DNA of 64,000 bases, from positions 50,346,001-50,410,000 of the forward strand of contig NC_086108.1 of the NCBI RefSeq assembly GCF_963921235.1, in the 5' to 3' direction. Shown in pieces: positions 53,101-64,000 of this stretch; within the stretch, counting starts at the first letter, position 1; each line of letters starts with the position of its first letter. A program made the translations under genes and the position numbers. The notes beneath the pieces are model-generated. The model worked only from the letters and a program-made list of their open reading frames with translations, was not told the origin of the DNA and made no database searches. Source of the DNA: Mobula hypostoma. Lineage: Eukaryota.

Positions 53101-53700
53101 CATGCAAATTCTAAAAGGAAATCCAAGGTAGAGTTCTTTTCCAAGGCTGGTAAGTGATTGGACAACTTGGTTCAACAATGTAAAACGGAATATCAAGACC
53201 AAACCATGGGACACTCACAGCATTGCACAGAAACAAAATGAAATGTTCTGGATCCACGTTGATCCAGCCAGATACTGTTTGGATATTAAAGGGGACCATT
53301 GCCACTTAAATGACGGAAGCAGAAATACAGATCAATTTCAGTGTTTCAATATCTGGGTAGATAAAACACCTTGCTGTATTCATCATATTTTCTTCTCTGA
53401 TCAATTCTAATCTGTGTTACTGGATAGCCCAGGGTTCAAAGAAATGGATTAAAATGAATGACTTCTAATCATTTAGTAAAAATCTTCAGTTTTTGAGGTG
53501 GATCCTCATTCAACATCAACAACGTTGCTCCCTTTTAAAACAAGATCTCTTTGTTTTGTTTTTATTTTGTTTTGCCTAATGCTGTAGGAGTATTACAGAA
53601 AGACCTTAATGCACTTCAAGGCACAACATGGTTGGCATCCTGAAGATGAGATTTGACTGCAGGTGTTTGTTCAGTCCTGCCTTACAGATAACTGTAACTT
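50150..53700 (-). other. PLA2G4A: Probable PLA2G4A 3' UTR / 3' flank (true end unknown)
   Basis: Directly follows the stop codon; AT-rich and nearly free of retroelements; minus-strand AATAAA candidates near 53561, 52176 and 51792. Confidence 0.5.
52064..52132. mobile_element. hAT/Charlie-type MITE
   Basis: Imperfect TIRs caggtgttctcaac / gttgggaatctctg; 8-bp flanks ctttaaaa / ctatagaa. Confidence 0.65.
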
Positions 53701-53868
53701 CTACTTCTGTTGTTCGTCTGTAGTATGTCGCTTCCGCCTGGCCTGGAGCCCATCAAAACTAAGTGACTTTTTCAGTCTTCTGTATTCCACATCGCTGAGA
53801 GACACGGAACAGCGAGATGGGTTCTGTTGTCTGTACTTGATACTCTCGATTATGGTATCCTTAATCAA
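53701..53868 (-). CDS. PLA2G4A: Cytosolic phospholipase A2 alpha, last coding exon
   Basis: Acceptor tttgaatag, then LIKDTIIESIKYRQQNPSRCSVSLSDVEYRRLKKSLSFDGLQARRKRHTTDEQQK*; matches the cPLA2a C-terminus (..RRQNPSRCSVSLSNVEARR..). Confidence 0.95.
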   Translation of the reverse strand: MIKDTIIESIKYRQQNPSRCSVSLSDVEYRRLKKSLSFDGLQARRKRHTTDEQQK

Positions 53869-54319
53869 CTATTCAAATAAAAAGAAAAGCAGTTTAGTCT
53901 GTTAGCAGTTCGCAGACAAAGCAAGACTGACTAGCTATTGAAATTTAATGTATCCAATCAAATTAGCATTCAGAAGTCCAGTTCTTTGATTAGACAGTAA
54001 AATGGGTATTTTCCAATGTATTAAGGGTACAAATTGATATTCTTTTAATACATCATACTCAAGAATTCAATGTATGTGGAGGAACACTAGATAACATTTA
54101 ATTGGGAACTAAAAGGACAGAAAGCATTTCTGAAGTTCCTCATTGAGCAGTAAATGAAGATGGACACCAGCCAGGTTGTAGATTTTTAGGTTGAATGAAC
54201 TTACGGTTCAAAAAAAAAATCAGTTGATGAAAGAATGTACAAATTGATTTTGAAAGAAGGAAATAAAAGGATAAAACCAGGACGATACAAACTGAAAGAA
54301 AAAGCTTAACTAGGAGTAG

Positions 54320-54465
54320 CAAGAGGAATTCTGCAGATGCTGGAAATTCAAGCAACACACATCAAAGTTGCCGGTAAACGCAGCAGGCCAGGCAGCATCT
54401 ATTGGAAGAGTTTCAGTCGACGTTTCAGGCCGAGACCCTTCGTCAGGACAACTTTGATGTGTGTT
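54320..54465 (-). mobile_element. Miniature Penelope-derived insertion (hammerhead plus pLTR end plus short inversion)
   Basis: 16-bp TSD gcttaactaggagtag (54304-54319 and 54466-54481); 21-bp inverted repeat 54350-54370 / 54449-54469. Confidence 0.9.
54415..54449 (-). ncRNA. Minimal hammerhead ribozyme motif, intact core, sense to PLA2G4A
   Basis: GTC-CTGACGA-A-GGGTCTCGGCCT-GAAA-CGTC-GACT. Confidence 0.78.
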
Positions 54466-55286
54466 GCTTAACTAGGAGTAGACCAGTTTTATGCAGTGAT
54501 GGCATAGAAGAGATCTTACAACAGCAAGGTGAAAAAGGCACTTTGATTTGAGGAGGGTTCCTGAAGCAGAGACATCGTGTTAGTGGGTGTAAAGAAGTGT
54601 GGAAGGCAATGGAACAATGCAAAGATTTGGATAATTTAACAGTAAGAACACAAGGAGCTGCAAATTTTCAAGGATTGGAACCATGTAGAATGAAAAGAAA
54701 GACATTTGAAAATCAAGCTTTGATTCACTTCGTTGCGACACAACTAAGAGTGGTGATAAGAGAGCAATGGGCACTTCAAAGGAGATGAAAAGGTGGGATT
54801 TCAGTATCAAAATGAATAGAGAAATGAATGACGTTGAGTCTGTCTAGCAAAGGTTTTAAGTTGAGGTGACATTCAGGGAAATTAGTGAAGCCAAGAGGAA
54901 AAGCAAAGAGGATCTCTGAAATCTAAGGAGGATGAGAAGAAATAAAATTCACTATTATTTGGATTTAGACAAAGAAAGCTGAAATCCAGGGTTAAAAATT
55001 AATTGTATGTTTAATTCAGATTTAGTATATGCAGACTTTATTCAATTAGATTAGAAGTCTCGCAACTTAAACAGACCTCTGCGCTGGAGATGAGCCAATT
55101 CAGCAGCCATGCTGGTATCATTTAGATTAAGGCTGCTCTACATGCCAAGATAGAACCACTCTTTGACTGATAGATACAAAAGAATATTTAAAGCAGTTAC
55201 TTTATTCTTGATGTATTTGTAGATTTCCAGCTTTCCAAGATCAGGATCAGGCCGTGCTTCTGCAGCTGAATATGATTCAGTATCTA

Positions 55287-55480
55287 ACTTTTTACGCAGA
55301 GAGTGGTGAGTGAGTGGAATGGGCTGCCGGTGGCGGTGGTGGAGGCAGAAATGATAGGGTTTTTTTAAGAGACTCCTGGATAGGTACATGGAGCTCAGAA
55401 AAATAGAGGGCTATGGGTAAGCCTAGGTAGTTCTAAGGTAAGGATATGTTCGGCACAGCTGTAGGTTTTCTATGTTTCTA
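55287..55480 (+). mobile_element. CR1 3' end (intronic)
   Basis: tttttacgcagagagtggtgag...ttttctatgtttcta. Confidence 0.9.
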
Positions 55481-56082
55481 TATTATTAGATTCCTGCCCC
55501 CCATCAACACTTGATATAAATTTTCACCAACATATCCTGTTCAATATTGCTCCCATGATGATGATATGTAGGCTCTGCAAAAGAGCTGATTATTTCTTAT
55601 GAACAATCATCATTCTGATACTTTAACTGTTCTTTTTGGTCTCTCCATAGAAACTCACTGTCTTGCTAAATACACAGCATTTTTTAAATCCAGATTTTCA
55701 GCATCTACAATACTTTGAATTGGGATCTAATTATCTTGTACATTCACATGTAAATTCATCTACGAATTCAATTAATTTAACCTATGTATAGGTTACTGAG
55801 TATTTTCTCTAACCTACATTCCTGTCAGGACTGGCATTAATGATTCCACCTATACGCCCATTGAAAGATCACAAAAATTTTAATTATGAAATCCTACAAA
55901 ACACCAGAGGAACAAGTTGTGATTTATAAAATTCATTCAAAAAACCCAATATCTTTTATTGCTGGTTATAAAAAACTTGTAAAATCTAAAGTATAAAAAG
56001 ATGCTTCAGAAATTGAAATCACATATACAAGCAGTGACTTCAAATATTAGCAATTAAAGCCAATGTATAACTTCAAGTATAC

Positions 56083-56240
56083 CTCAATATTGTTGAGTGT
56101 GTTGAATTCCATTAGGTCATGGAGCTGTGTAAATGCCTTATTGGTATATTGGAAGTTGAAAGTAGAATATGGTGTGTCAGCATCATCGAAGATGTCAAAG
56201 TCTGCATCCTCCATTTCCTTCTCACTCTCGCGTTTAACAC
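56083..56240 (-). CDS. PLA2G4A: Cytosolic phospholipase A2 alpha, penultimate coding exon (158 nt)
   Basis: ttttatgaag | (G)VKRESEKEMEDADFDIFDDADTPYSTFNFQYTNKAFTQLHDLMEFNTLNNIE | gtatac; phase 1 in, phase 0 out. Confidence 0.96.
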
Positions 56241-56407
56241 CTTCATAAAAGACAGCATTTGTGTCAGTACAGAAATCAGTGTTGGTACTTCCTTTCTGTA
56301 ATCCTTTTTAAACTTTCCTATTTTGTGGAAAAGTGATAGTTAACATCTAATAACACTCTCAAGTCAACAAATAAGCAGGTAGCTGATCCACTTAATGTGA
56401 AATATTT

Positions 56408-59400
56408 TAGAAACATAGAAAACCTACAGCACAATACAGGCCCTTCGGCCCACAAAGTTGTGCCGAATATGTCCCTACCTTAGAAGTTACTAGGGTTACC
56501 TATAGCCCTCTATTTTTCTAAGCTCCATGTACTTATCCAAAAATCTCTTAAAAGACCCTATTGTATCTGCCTCCACCACCGTTGCCGGCAGCCCATTCCA
56601 CACACTCACCACTCTCTGCGTAAAAAACTTACCCGACATCTCCTCTGTATCTACTCCCAAGCACCTTAAACCTGTGTCCTCTTGTGGCAGCCATGTCAGC
56701 CCTGGGAAAAAGCCTCTGACTATCCACATGATCAATGCCTCTCACCATCTTAAACACCTCTATCAGGTCACCTCTCATCCTCTGTCACTCCAAGGAGAAA
56801 AGGCCAAGTTCACTCAACCTATTTCCATAAGGCATGCTCCCCAGTCCAGGCAACATCCTTGTAAATCTCCTCTGCACCCTTTCTATGGTCTCCACATCCT
56901 TCCTGTAGTGAGGTGACCAGAACTGAGCACAGTACTCCAAGTGGGGTCTGACTAGGGTCCTATACAGCTGCAACATTAACTCTCGGCTCCTAAACTCAAT
57001 TCCACGATTAATTAAGGCCAATACACCGTATGCCTTCTTAACAACAGAGTCAACCTGCGCAGTTGCTTTGAGTGTCCTATGGACTCGGACCCCAAGATCC
57101 CTCTGATCCTCCACACTGCCAAGAGTCTTACCATTAATACTATATTCTGTCATCATATTTGACCTGCCAAAATGAACCACTTCATGCTTATCTGGGTTGA
57201 ACTCCATCTACCACTTCTCAGCCCAGTTTTGCATCCTATCAATGTCCTGCTGTAACCTCTGACAGCCCTCTACACTATCCACAACACCCCCAACCTTTGT
57301 ATCATCAGCAGACTTACTAACCCATCCCTCCACTGCCTCATCCAGGTCATTTATAAAAAATCACGAAGAGTAAGGGTCCCAGAACAGATCCCTGAGGCAC
57401 ACCACTGGTCACCGACCTCCATGCAGAATATGATCTGTCTACAGTCAGTCTTTGCCTTCTGTGGGCAAGCCAGTTCTGGATCCACAAAGCAATGTCCCCC
57501 TGGATCCCATGCCTCCTTACTTTCTCAATAAGTCTTGCATGGGGTACCTTATCAAATGCCTTGCTGAAATCCATATACACTACATCTACTGCTCTACCTT
57601 CATCACTGTGTTTAGTCACATCCTCAAAAAATTAAATCAGGCTCGTAAGTCACAACCTGCCCTTGAAAAAGCCATGCTGACTATTCCTAATCATATTGTA
57701 CCTCTCCAAATTTTCATAAATCCTGCTTCTCAGGATCTTCTCCATCAACTTACCAACCACTGAGGTAAGACTCACTGGTCTATAATTTCCTGGGCTATCT
57801 CTACTCCATTTCTTGAATAAGGGAACAATATCCGCAACCCTCCAATCCTCCAGAACCTCTCCTGTCCCCATTGATGATGCAAAGATCATCGCCAGAGGCT
57901 CAGCAATCTCCTCTCTCGCCTCCTACAGTAGCCAGGGGTACATCACATCCAGTCCTGGCAACTTATCCAACTTGATGCTTTCCAGAAGCTCCAGCACATC
58001 CTCTTTCTTAATATATACATGCACGAGCTTTTCAGTCCACTGCAAGTCATCACTACAATCACTAAGATCCTTTTCCATAGTGAATACTAAAGTATTCATT
58101 AAGTACCTCTGCTACTTCCTCCGGTTCCATACACACTTTCCCACCATCACACTTGATAGGTCCTATTCTTTCACGTCTTATCCTCTTGCTCTTCACATAC
58201 TTGTAGAATGCCTTGGGGTTTTCCTTAATCCTGCCTGCCAAGGCCTTCTCATGGCCCCTTCTGGCTCTCCTAATTTCCTTCTTAAGCTCCTTCCTGTTAG
58301 CCTTATATTCCTCTAGATCTCTAACATTACCTAGCTCTCTGAACCTTTCGTAAGCTTTTCTTTTCTTCTTGACTAGATTTACTACAGCCTTTGTACACCA
58401 CGGTTCCTGTACCCCACCATAACTTCCCTGTCTCATTGGAACATACCTATGTAGAACTCCACACAAATATACCCTGAACATTTGCCACATTTCTCCCGTA
58501 CTTTTCCCTGAGAATATCTGTTCTCAATTTAAGCTTCCAAGTTCCTGCCTGATAGCCTCATAATTCCCCCTTCTCCAATTAAACGCTTTTCTAACTTGTC
58601 TGTTCCAATCTCTCTCCAATGCTATTGTAAAGGAGATAGAATTATGATCACTATCTCCAAAATGCTCTCCCACTGAGAGATCTGACACCTGACCAGATCC
58701 ATTTCCCAATACCAAATCAAGTACAGTCTCTCCTCTTGTAGGCTTATCTACATATTATGTCAAGAAACCTTCCTGAACACACCTAACAAACTCCACCCCA
58801 TCTAAACCCCTTGCTCTAGGGAGATGCCAATCTATATTTGGGAAATTAAAATCTCCCATCATGACAACTCTGTTATTATTACACTTCTCCAGGATCTGTT
58901 TCCCTATCTGCTCCTCAATATCCCTGTTACTATTGGGTGGCCTATAAGAAACACCCAGTAGAGTTATTGACCCCTTCCTGTTCCTAACCTCCGCCCACAG
59001 AGACTCCGTAGACAATCCCTCCGTGAACGTCCACCTTTTCTGCAGCCATGATACTATCTCTGATCAACAGTGCCACACCCCTGCCTCTTTTGCCTCCCTC
59101 CCTGTCCTTTCTGAAACATCTAAAACCCGGCACTTGAAGTAACCACATCATATCTCCAAGTACTGATCCACGCTCCAAGCTCATCTGTTTTGTTCACAAT
59201 TCTCCTTGCGTTAAAATAGACACAACTCAAACCATCGGTCTGAGCGTGTCCCTTCTCTATCACCCGCTTATCCTCTGTCACACACTGTCTCCAAGCTTTC
59301 TCTATTTGTGAGCCAACCGCCTCTTCCCCAGTCTCTTCAGTTCGGTTCGCACCCCCCCAACAATTTTAGTTTAAACTCTCCCCAGTAGGCTTAGCAACCC

Positions 59401-59605
59401 TCCCTGCCAGGATATTGGTCCCCCTGGGCTTCGAGAGCAATCCATCCTTTTTGTACAGGTCACACCTGCCCCAAAAGAGGTCCCAATGATCTAGAAATCT
59501 GAATCCCTGCCCCCTGCTCCAATCCCTCAGCCACGCATTTATCCTCCACATCATTCTATTCCTATACTCACTGTCACGTGGCACAGGCAATAATCCTGAG
59601 ATTAT
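56408..59605 (-). mobile_element. CR1 with ORF1 3' end (SGNH esterase-like) and most of ORF2, multiple lesions (intronic)
   Basis: PVPRDSEYRNR...[48 protein letters not shown]; 3' tail. Confidence 0.95.
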
Positions 59606-60569
59606 GGCTTTATTTATTTTCTGCTTTATTTTTGACTTTCTTTTAATTATAGTCAGATACCAATCATTGCCTCACCTGAAGAAGCTATCACAGCTAAAAC
59701 CAATTTACTATTTGCCAGAAATGCACACAAATGCAAATTTCAGCAGATAACTGGGTGTTGACAAGCATATGGCACCTCACCTGCTATTTGCTTTTGTTAG
59801 TTTTTGCACGATGGGGAAGATTACAGCCTTCTTTCACTTGCTGTCAGTCTAGCTGAGAGCTGGTGCCTCAGCACAGAGAGGTAATTGAATCAGGGGTTTT
59901 CCAAGATCTCAGGATCTCAATAGACTGATCATCTGTATCTCTCACTAACCTCTCACATCTGTTTTTTTTTAAATGGCTTTCAAAATTCACAATCAAATCA
60001 AAGAGGTCAGAGCTTTGCTTAGGTGGATCTGGGGTCTCTGCTATGCCAAGTTTTAAGTTGCTTGGAATTCTGTTAAAAGGTACTCTCCTAAAATGAACTC
60101 TCCTCTAATCTTCCAAATTCTGAAGGGCTGAGCTGAACAATACCTGAAGCCAGTCCATCATCTTGCTCACATCACATTTTCTGCAGTTTTAGACCCCCTG
60201 CTTTGCCTTGCCATTAACTGGCCAAAATCTGCAACATAACTGAATTCTCCTCATTTTTATAAAAAATAAATTGACAACTATTACCTCTCTCCAACCACAA
60301 AATATAAAATTGAAAAACTTACTGCGCTTGTTCTTAGAGACAGAACCTGAGAATGGCCAGGAGCCCACCTATTCATTCCAAGAAGCTCTTACTGAAATTT
60401 TGAATTAAGAGCTTTTTTTTTTACTGTGTGCATGCTTCACTGTGGGGTTCTAGTTCTACAGAATATTTTAGATTCAACTCCATTCATATTTCTAACCAAG
60501 ACCACATGACAAGGAACATGACAATCATTGTAAATGTACATCAGAAATAGAGTCAGAGTGTCATCAGGA

Positions 60570-61465
60570 AGTACAGCACAGAAACAGGCCCTTCAGTCCA
60601 TCTAGCCCATGCCAAACCATCTAAACTGCCTACTCCCAACAACCTGAACCAGCACCATAGCCCTCCATATTCCTACCATCCATGTACCCATCCTCTCTGC
60701 ATCCACTCTTAAGCCTTTCAATACTTGAAATGTTTCAATAAGAAAGCCCCTCAGTCTTCTAAACTTCAGAGCCATCAAACGCACCTCATATGTTAATCCT
60801 TTGATTTCCAAAATCATTCTCATGAACCTCCTCTGGAATCTCTCCAATTCCAGTACATCTTTTTTTTTAAGTTAAGGGGCTCATAATACTCCAAGTGCGG
60901 TTTGACCATTGCCCTATAAAGCCTCAACATTATTTTTATATTTTTAAAAATATTTATTTTATATTCTAGTCCTCTTAAGACGAATGCTAAACATTGCATT
61001 TACCTTCCTTAGCAATGACTCACTTGCAAGTTAAACTTTAGTGAATCTTGCATAAGGGCTCTCAAGTCCTTTTGCTTTTTGAATTTTCTCCCCATTTAGA
61101 AAATAGTCTATGCCTTCACTCTTTCTACCAAAGTGCATGACTCTACATTTCCCTGCACTATATTCTATCTGCATCTTCTTTGCTCATTCTCCCAATTTGT
61201 CCAACTCCTTCTGCAGACATCTTGCTTCTTTCAACACTATCTGCCCCTCCATCTATCTTTGTATCATCCTCAAACTTGGCTACAAAGCCATCAATTCCAC
61301 CATCCAAATCCTTGAAATATAATGTGAAAAGCGGCCGCTGCAGAACACCACTAGTCACTGGCAGTCAATTAGAAAAGGATCCCTTTATTCCCACTCTTTG
61401 CCCCTGTCAGTCAGCCAATCTTCTATCTATGCTAGTATTTTTTCCTGTAATACCATGGGCTTCTG
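60570..61465 (-). mobile_element. Older CR1 RT / 3' fragment (intronic)
   Basis: DLDGGIDGFVAKFEDDTKI; ERFQRRFMRMI. Confidence 0.8.
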
Positions 61466-61892
61466 TATTGTGCAGAAGCATAAGCATTTGATGATCAGGC
61501 GGATACCCTGAGAAAGAAATGGTAATAACTACATTATCACAAATGCTAATCAACACAATTTATTAACTTTTTGGCTTGAGTTCTTCTTATCATTACATTG
61601 GCAAGTGAAAATAAGCACAGTCAGTTTGTAGTTGAATTCTTGCTGGTATGTAGCTGACAGCTGCCTCGGACACAGGATCTGCTTAGTGCATCTACAGCTT
61701 ATTTCAACAATCCTGTACAATGCCTCTTCATAAAATGTACAAGTATGGTTAAACAAGGATCTCACTTGCCTTTGTGTTTGAACTTAAAATTGAAGGACTG
61801 CCACTCAGATATCACCGAGAAAAGGACAAAGGGAAGAATTGTATTTGTTGGTTAAAGTAATTACCAAATCAAGACCTGATGAAACCACTTAC

Positions 61893-62088
61893 CTGGAGCT
61901 TTATAATGTCTAAAATTGATATTTGCTAGAACAAAGTGTATGATGGTTGGGCAGTCTCTCTCTATCATTGGATTTTTGGGCTTGAAGATGTAACATTCTT
62001 TCATTCCCTCTCGGTCAAATACTTTGGTGTCAATCTTAGGAAAAGCCAACTTGTTCATTTTTGCCCATTTTTCTGCCAGCAGTAGCTC
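61893..62088 (-). CDS. PLA2G4A: Cytosolic phospholipase A2 alpha, third-last coding exon (196 nt); the gene continues beyond the window
   Basis: tttaacag | ELLLAEKWAKMNKLAFPKIDTKVFDREGMKECYIFKPKNPMIERDCPTIIHFVLANINFRHYKAP(G) | gtaagt. Confidence 0.97.
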
Positions 62089-62349
62089 CTGTTAAATTGA
62101 ATAGAACTAAGTTAAGATACATTACACAATTTTTCAGAAGTAATGCAATAGTAAATGTATTTACTAAACTGTAATTTTATAGCTACTGCCCAAAAAATAC
62201 TTTAATTTCATAAAGTACAGCAATGTTCTGCACTTTCCTTAAGATAGCTGCCAATCATTCAGTCCTCACTGCTTATTCCTTCACAAACTTGCAGACTGCT
62301 ACAATATTATAAAAATTCTTTTTCAGGATTTGTGCCATCGTTCGTAGCC

Positions 62350-63150
62350 TTTTCCCAAACCCTTTGAAAAGCCACCTTCTTGAACTGTTGTAGGCTTTCT
62401 GCCATTGACTGGCCAGTACCAAGTTTTAGAATTGGTGCCAATGTAGGACCCAGCAGCACATTGCTAAGGGTACTGTGCAACTTGGAGGAATCTGCTGGTG
62501 ATGCAGTTCCTATACACCCATTGTCATTGGTGGTAAATAGAGCTCACCAGTTTGGGAAAAGTGCAGTGCCTCTCACATACAGCAGCCATTTTGTGCCGGT
62601 GGTGTTGGGAATGACAATTAGCATGGTGGATGAGGAGCTAATCAAGCATCTTGGTTTGTGTGGATAATATTAAGCTTATTGTTGTTGCACTAATTCAGGT
62701 CAGTGATTTTTACCTGACAAAAGGTGGAAAGACTTTGGACTGTCAGGTGGTGAAGCTCATATCACAGGGTACCCAGTCTCTTGTACCCACTGTATTGTAT
62801 TTGTGTAATTGGTCAAGTTGAGTTACTCATCACTGGTGACTAATCAAGTACACTTGAAGAATTGTCATTTTTTTTTATTGTTGGTAAGGATCTCGGCAAA
62901 GTTAATACTATTGGATACCAAAGTGTCAGAATATCTCGTTAGAGATGGCCTTAGCCAGGCACTATTGTGATGTGAACTTTGCCCACCATTCATCATCAGT
63001 ATTGCCCGTGTATTTCTGCATGAGGCAGAGACTGCTTTATTTGCTAGGGAGCTATGAATGGATGTTGTGCAATCAGCAAACACACACCTTTGATCATCTG
63101 ATGAAAGGAAGGTCATGGAGGGTGTAGCCAAGGACAGTTGGATCTAGGAC
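62350..63150 (-). mobile_element. Very old LINE (CR1/L2-like) RT remnant
   Basis: Weak motifs only (VLDPT..., CVFADC). Confidence 0.4.
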
Positions 63151-63204
63151 TTTGTCACTCCCTTGACAAAGGGAGTGAGTCCCTTTGTCATGAGGGACCT
63201 TGAA

Positions 63205-64000
63205 TTAATGAGCGGGACAGCAGCATCATTACAAAACGGGAGCCATTTGAAAAGAACAAGTCTAATCGGAAGTGATTTCTTTGAGCCAATAAAAAGAAGA
63301 GGTGTAAGTGGAGCAGCCATTGATGGAGTGGGCCAGTGTTAAGAGTGGTCAGGCTTGGGCAAGCACAGGTGGAAGTTCTAAATAAGTTTCTAGTAGGTTT
63401 TTTTTCTCTTTCTTTGTCTTTTAGTACATAGCTAATGCGCGAATGGGCCCAGAGTTAATGGTGTGTTCTTGGTGTGAGATGTGGGAACTTTGGGAGGCCT
63501 CCAGTCTCCCTGCTAATTATATTTGCATCAGGTTTATCAAACTGCAAATCTTTAGAGACCGTGTTAAGTAACTGGAGCTGCAGCTTGAGGACCTTCAGCT
63601 TATATAGGACAATGAGAAAGTGATGGATAGAAGCTACAGGGAGGTAGTCACCCCTAAGTTGCTGGTGACAGGCACATTTGTGGCTCTCAGTAGAAGGAAA
63701 GGGAACAGGTAGCCAATGCAAAGTACCCCTGTGGCTGTTCCACTCAATAATAAGTAGACCACTTAGGACACTGTTCGGAAGGGAGGGGGATGGGGGTTGA
63801 CCTATCGAGGGGAAGCTGCAGTGCTCAGTCTCTGGCACTAAGTCTGGCTCTGTGGCTCAGAAGGAAAGGGAGAAAAAGAGGAGTGCATTAGCAATAGACA
63901 ATTCCATAGTTAGAGGAGCAGACAAGAGATTTTGTGGACGTGAACGAGACATCTAGATGGTATGTTGCCTCCCAGGTACTAAGATCAGGCACGTCTTGGA
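63205..64000 (+). mobile_element. CR1 5' UTR and decayed ORF1 (zinc-finger/coiled-coil region and start of esterase); runs off the window
   Basis: CSWCEMWE...YICIR, LELQLEDL, NSIVRGADKRFCGRERD, MVCCLPG. Confidence 0.85.

Noticed and set aside
59366..59590. Esterase-like ORF within a phospholipase gene as a functional partner
   Set aside because: It is the standard SGNH-like domain of CR1 ORF1 in a decayed intronic LINE; the location is coincidental.
61861..62058. ORF-track 65-aa protein as a standalone small gene
   Set aside because: It is an internal PLA2G4A exon read through its splice donor.

Overview
Eukaryotic (vertebrate) genomic DNA. The repeat mix (many CR1 LINEs, Penelope-like elements, Rex1/Babar, RTE, Gypsy) suggests a cartilaginous fish such as a ray; this is an inference. 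The only host gene recognised is the 3' end of cytosolic phospholipase A2 alpha (PLA2G4A) on the minus strand. Its last three coding exons are 61893-62088 (196 nt), 56083-56240 (158 nt) and 53701-53868 (to the stop), with GT-AG splice sites and consistent reading phase, followed by an AT-rich, repeat-poor probable 3' UTR. The remaining ~49 kb is intergenic DNA made mostly of decayed and nested retrotransposons. Highlights: (1) a full-length Gypsy provirus with no tRNA primer-binding site but a perfect 15-bp complement to its own LTR that covers the poly(A) signal; (2) Penelope-like elements with minimal hammerhead ribozyme motifs and a shared asymmetric inverted-end architecture, including a ~150-bp hammerhead-only insertion with a 16-bp target duplication, sense-oriented in the last PLA2G4A intron; (3) inverted CR1 3' ends closely flanking the penultimate PLA2G4A exon; (4) a five-level nested insertion stack. 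I cannot claim a new biological system: the best candidates are variants of known mechanisms. All calls were made by eye without database searches, and boundaries of old repeats are approximate.
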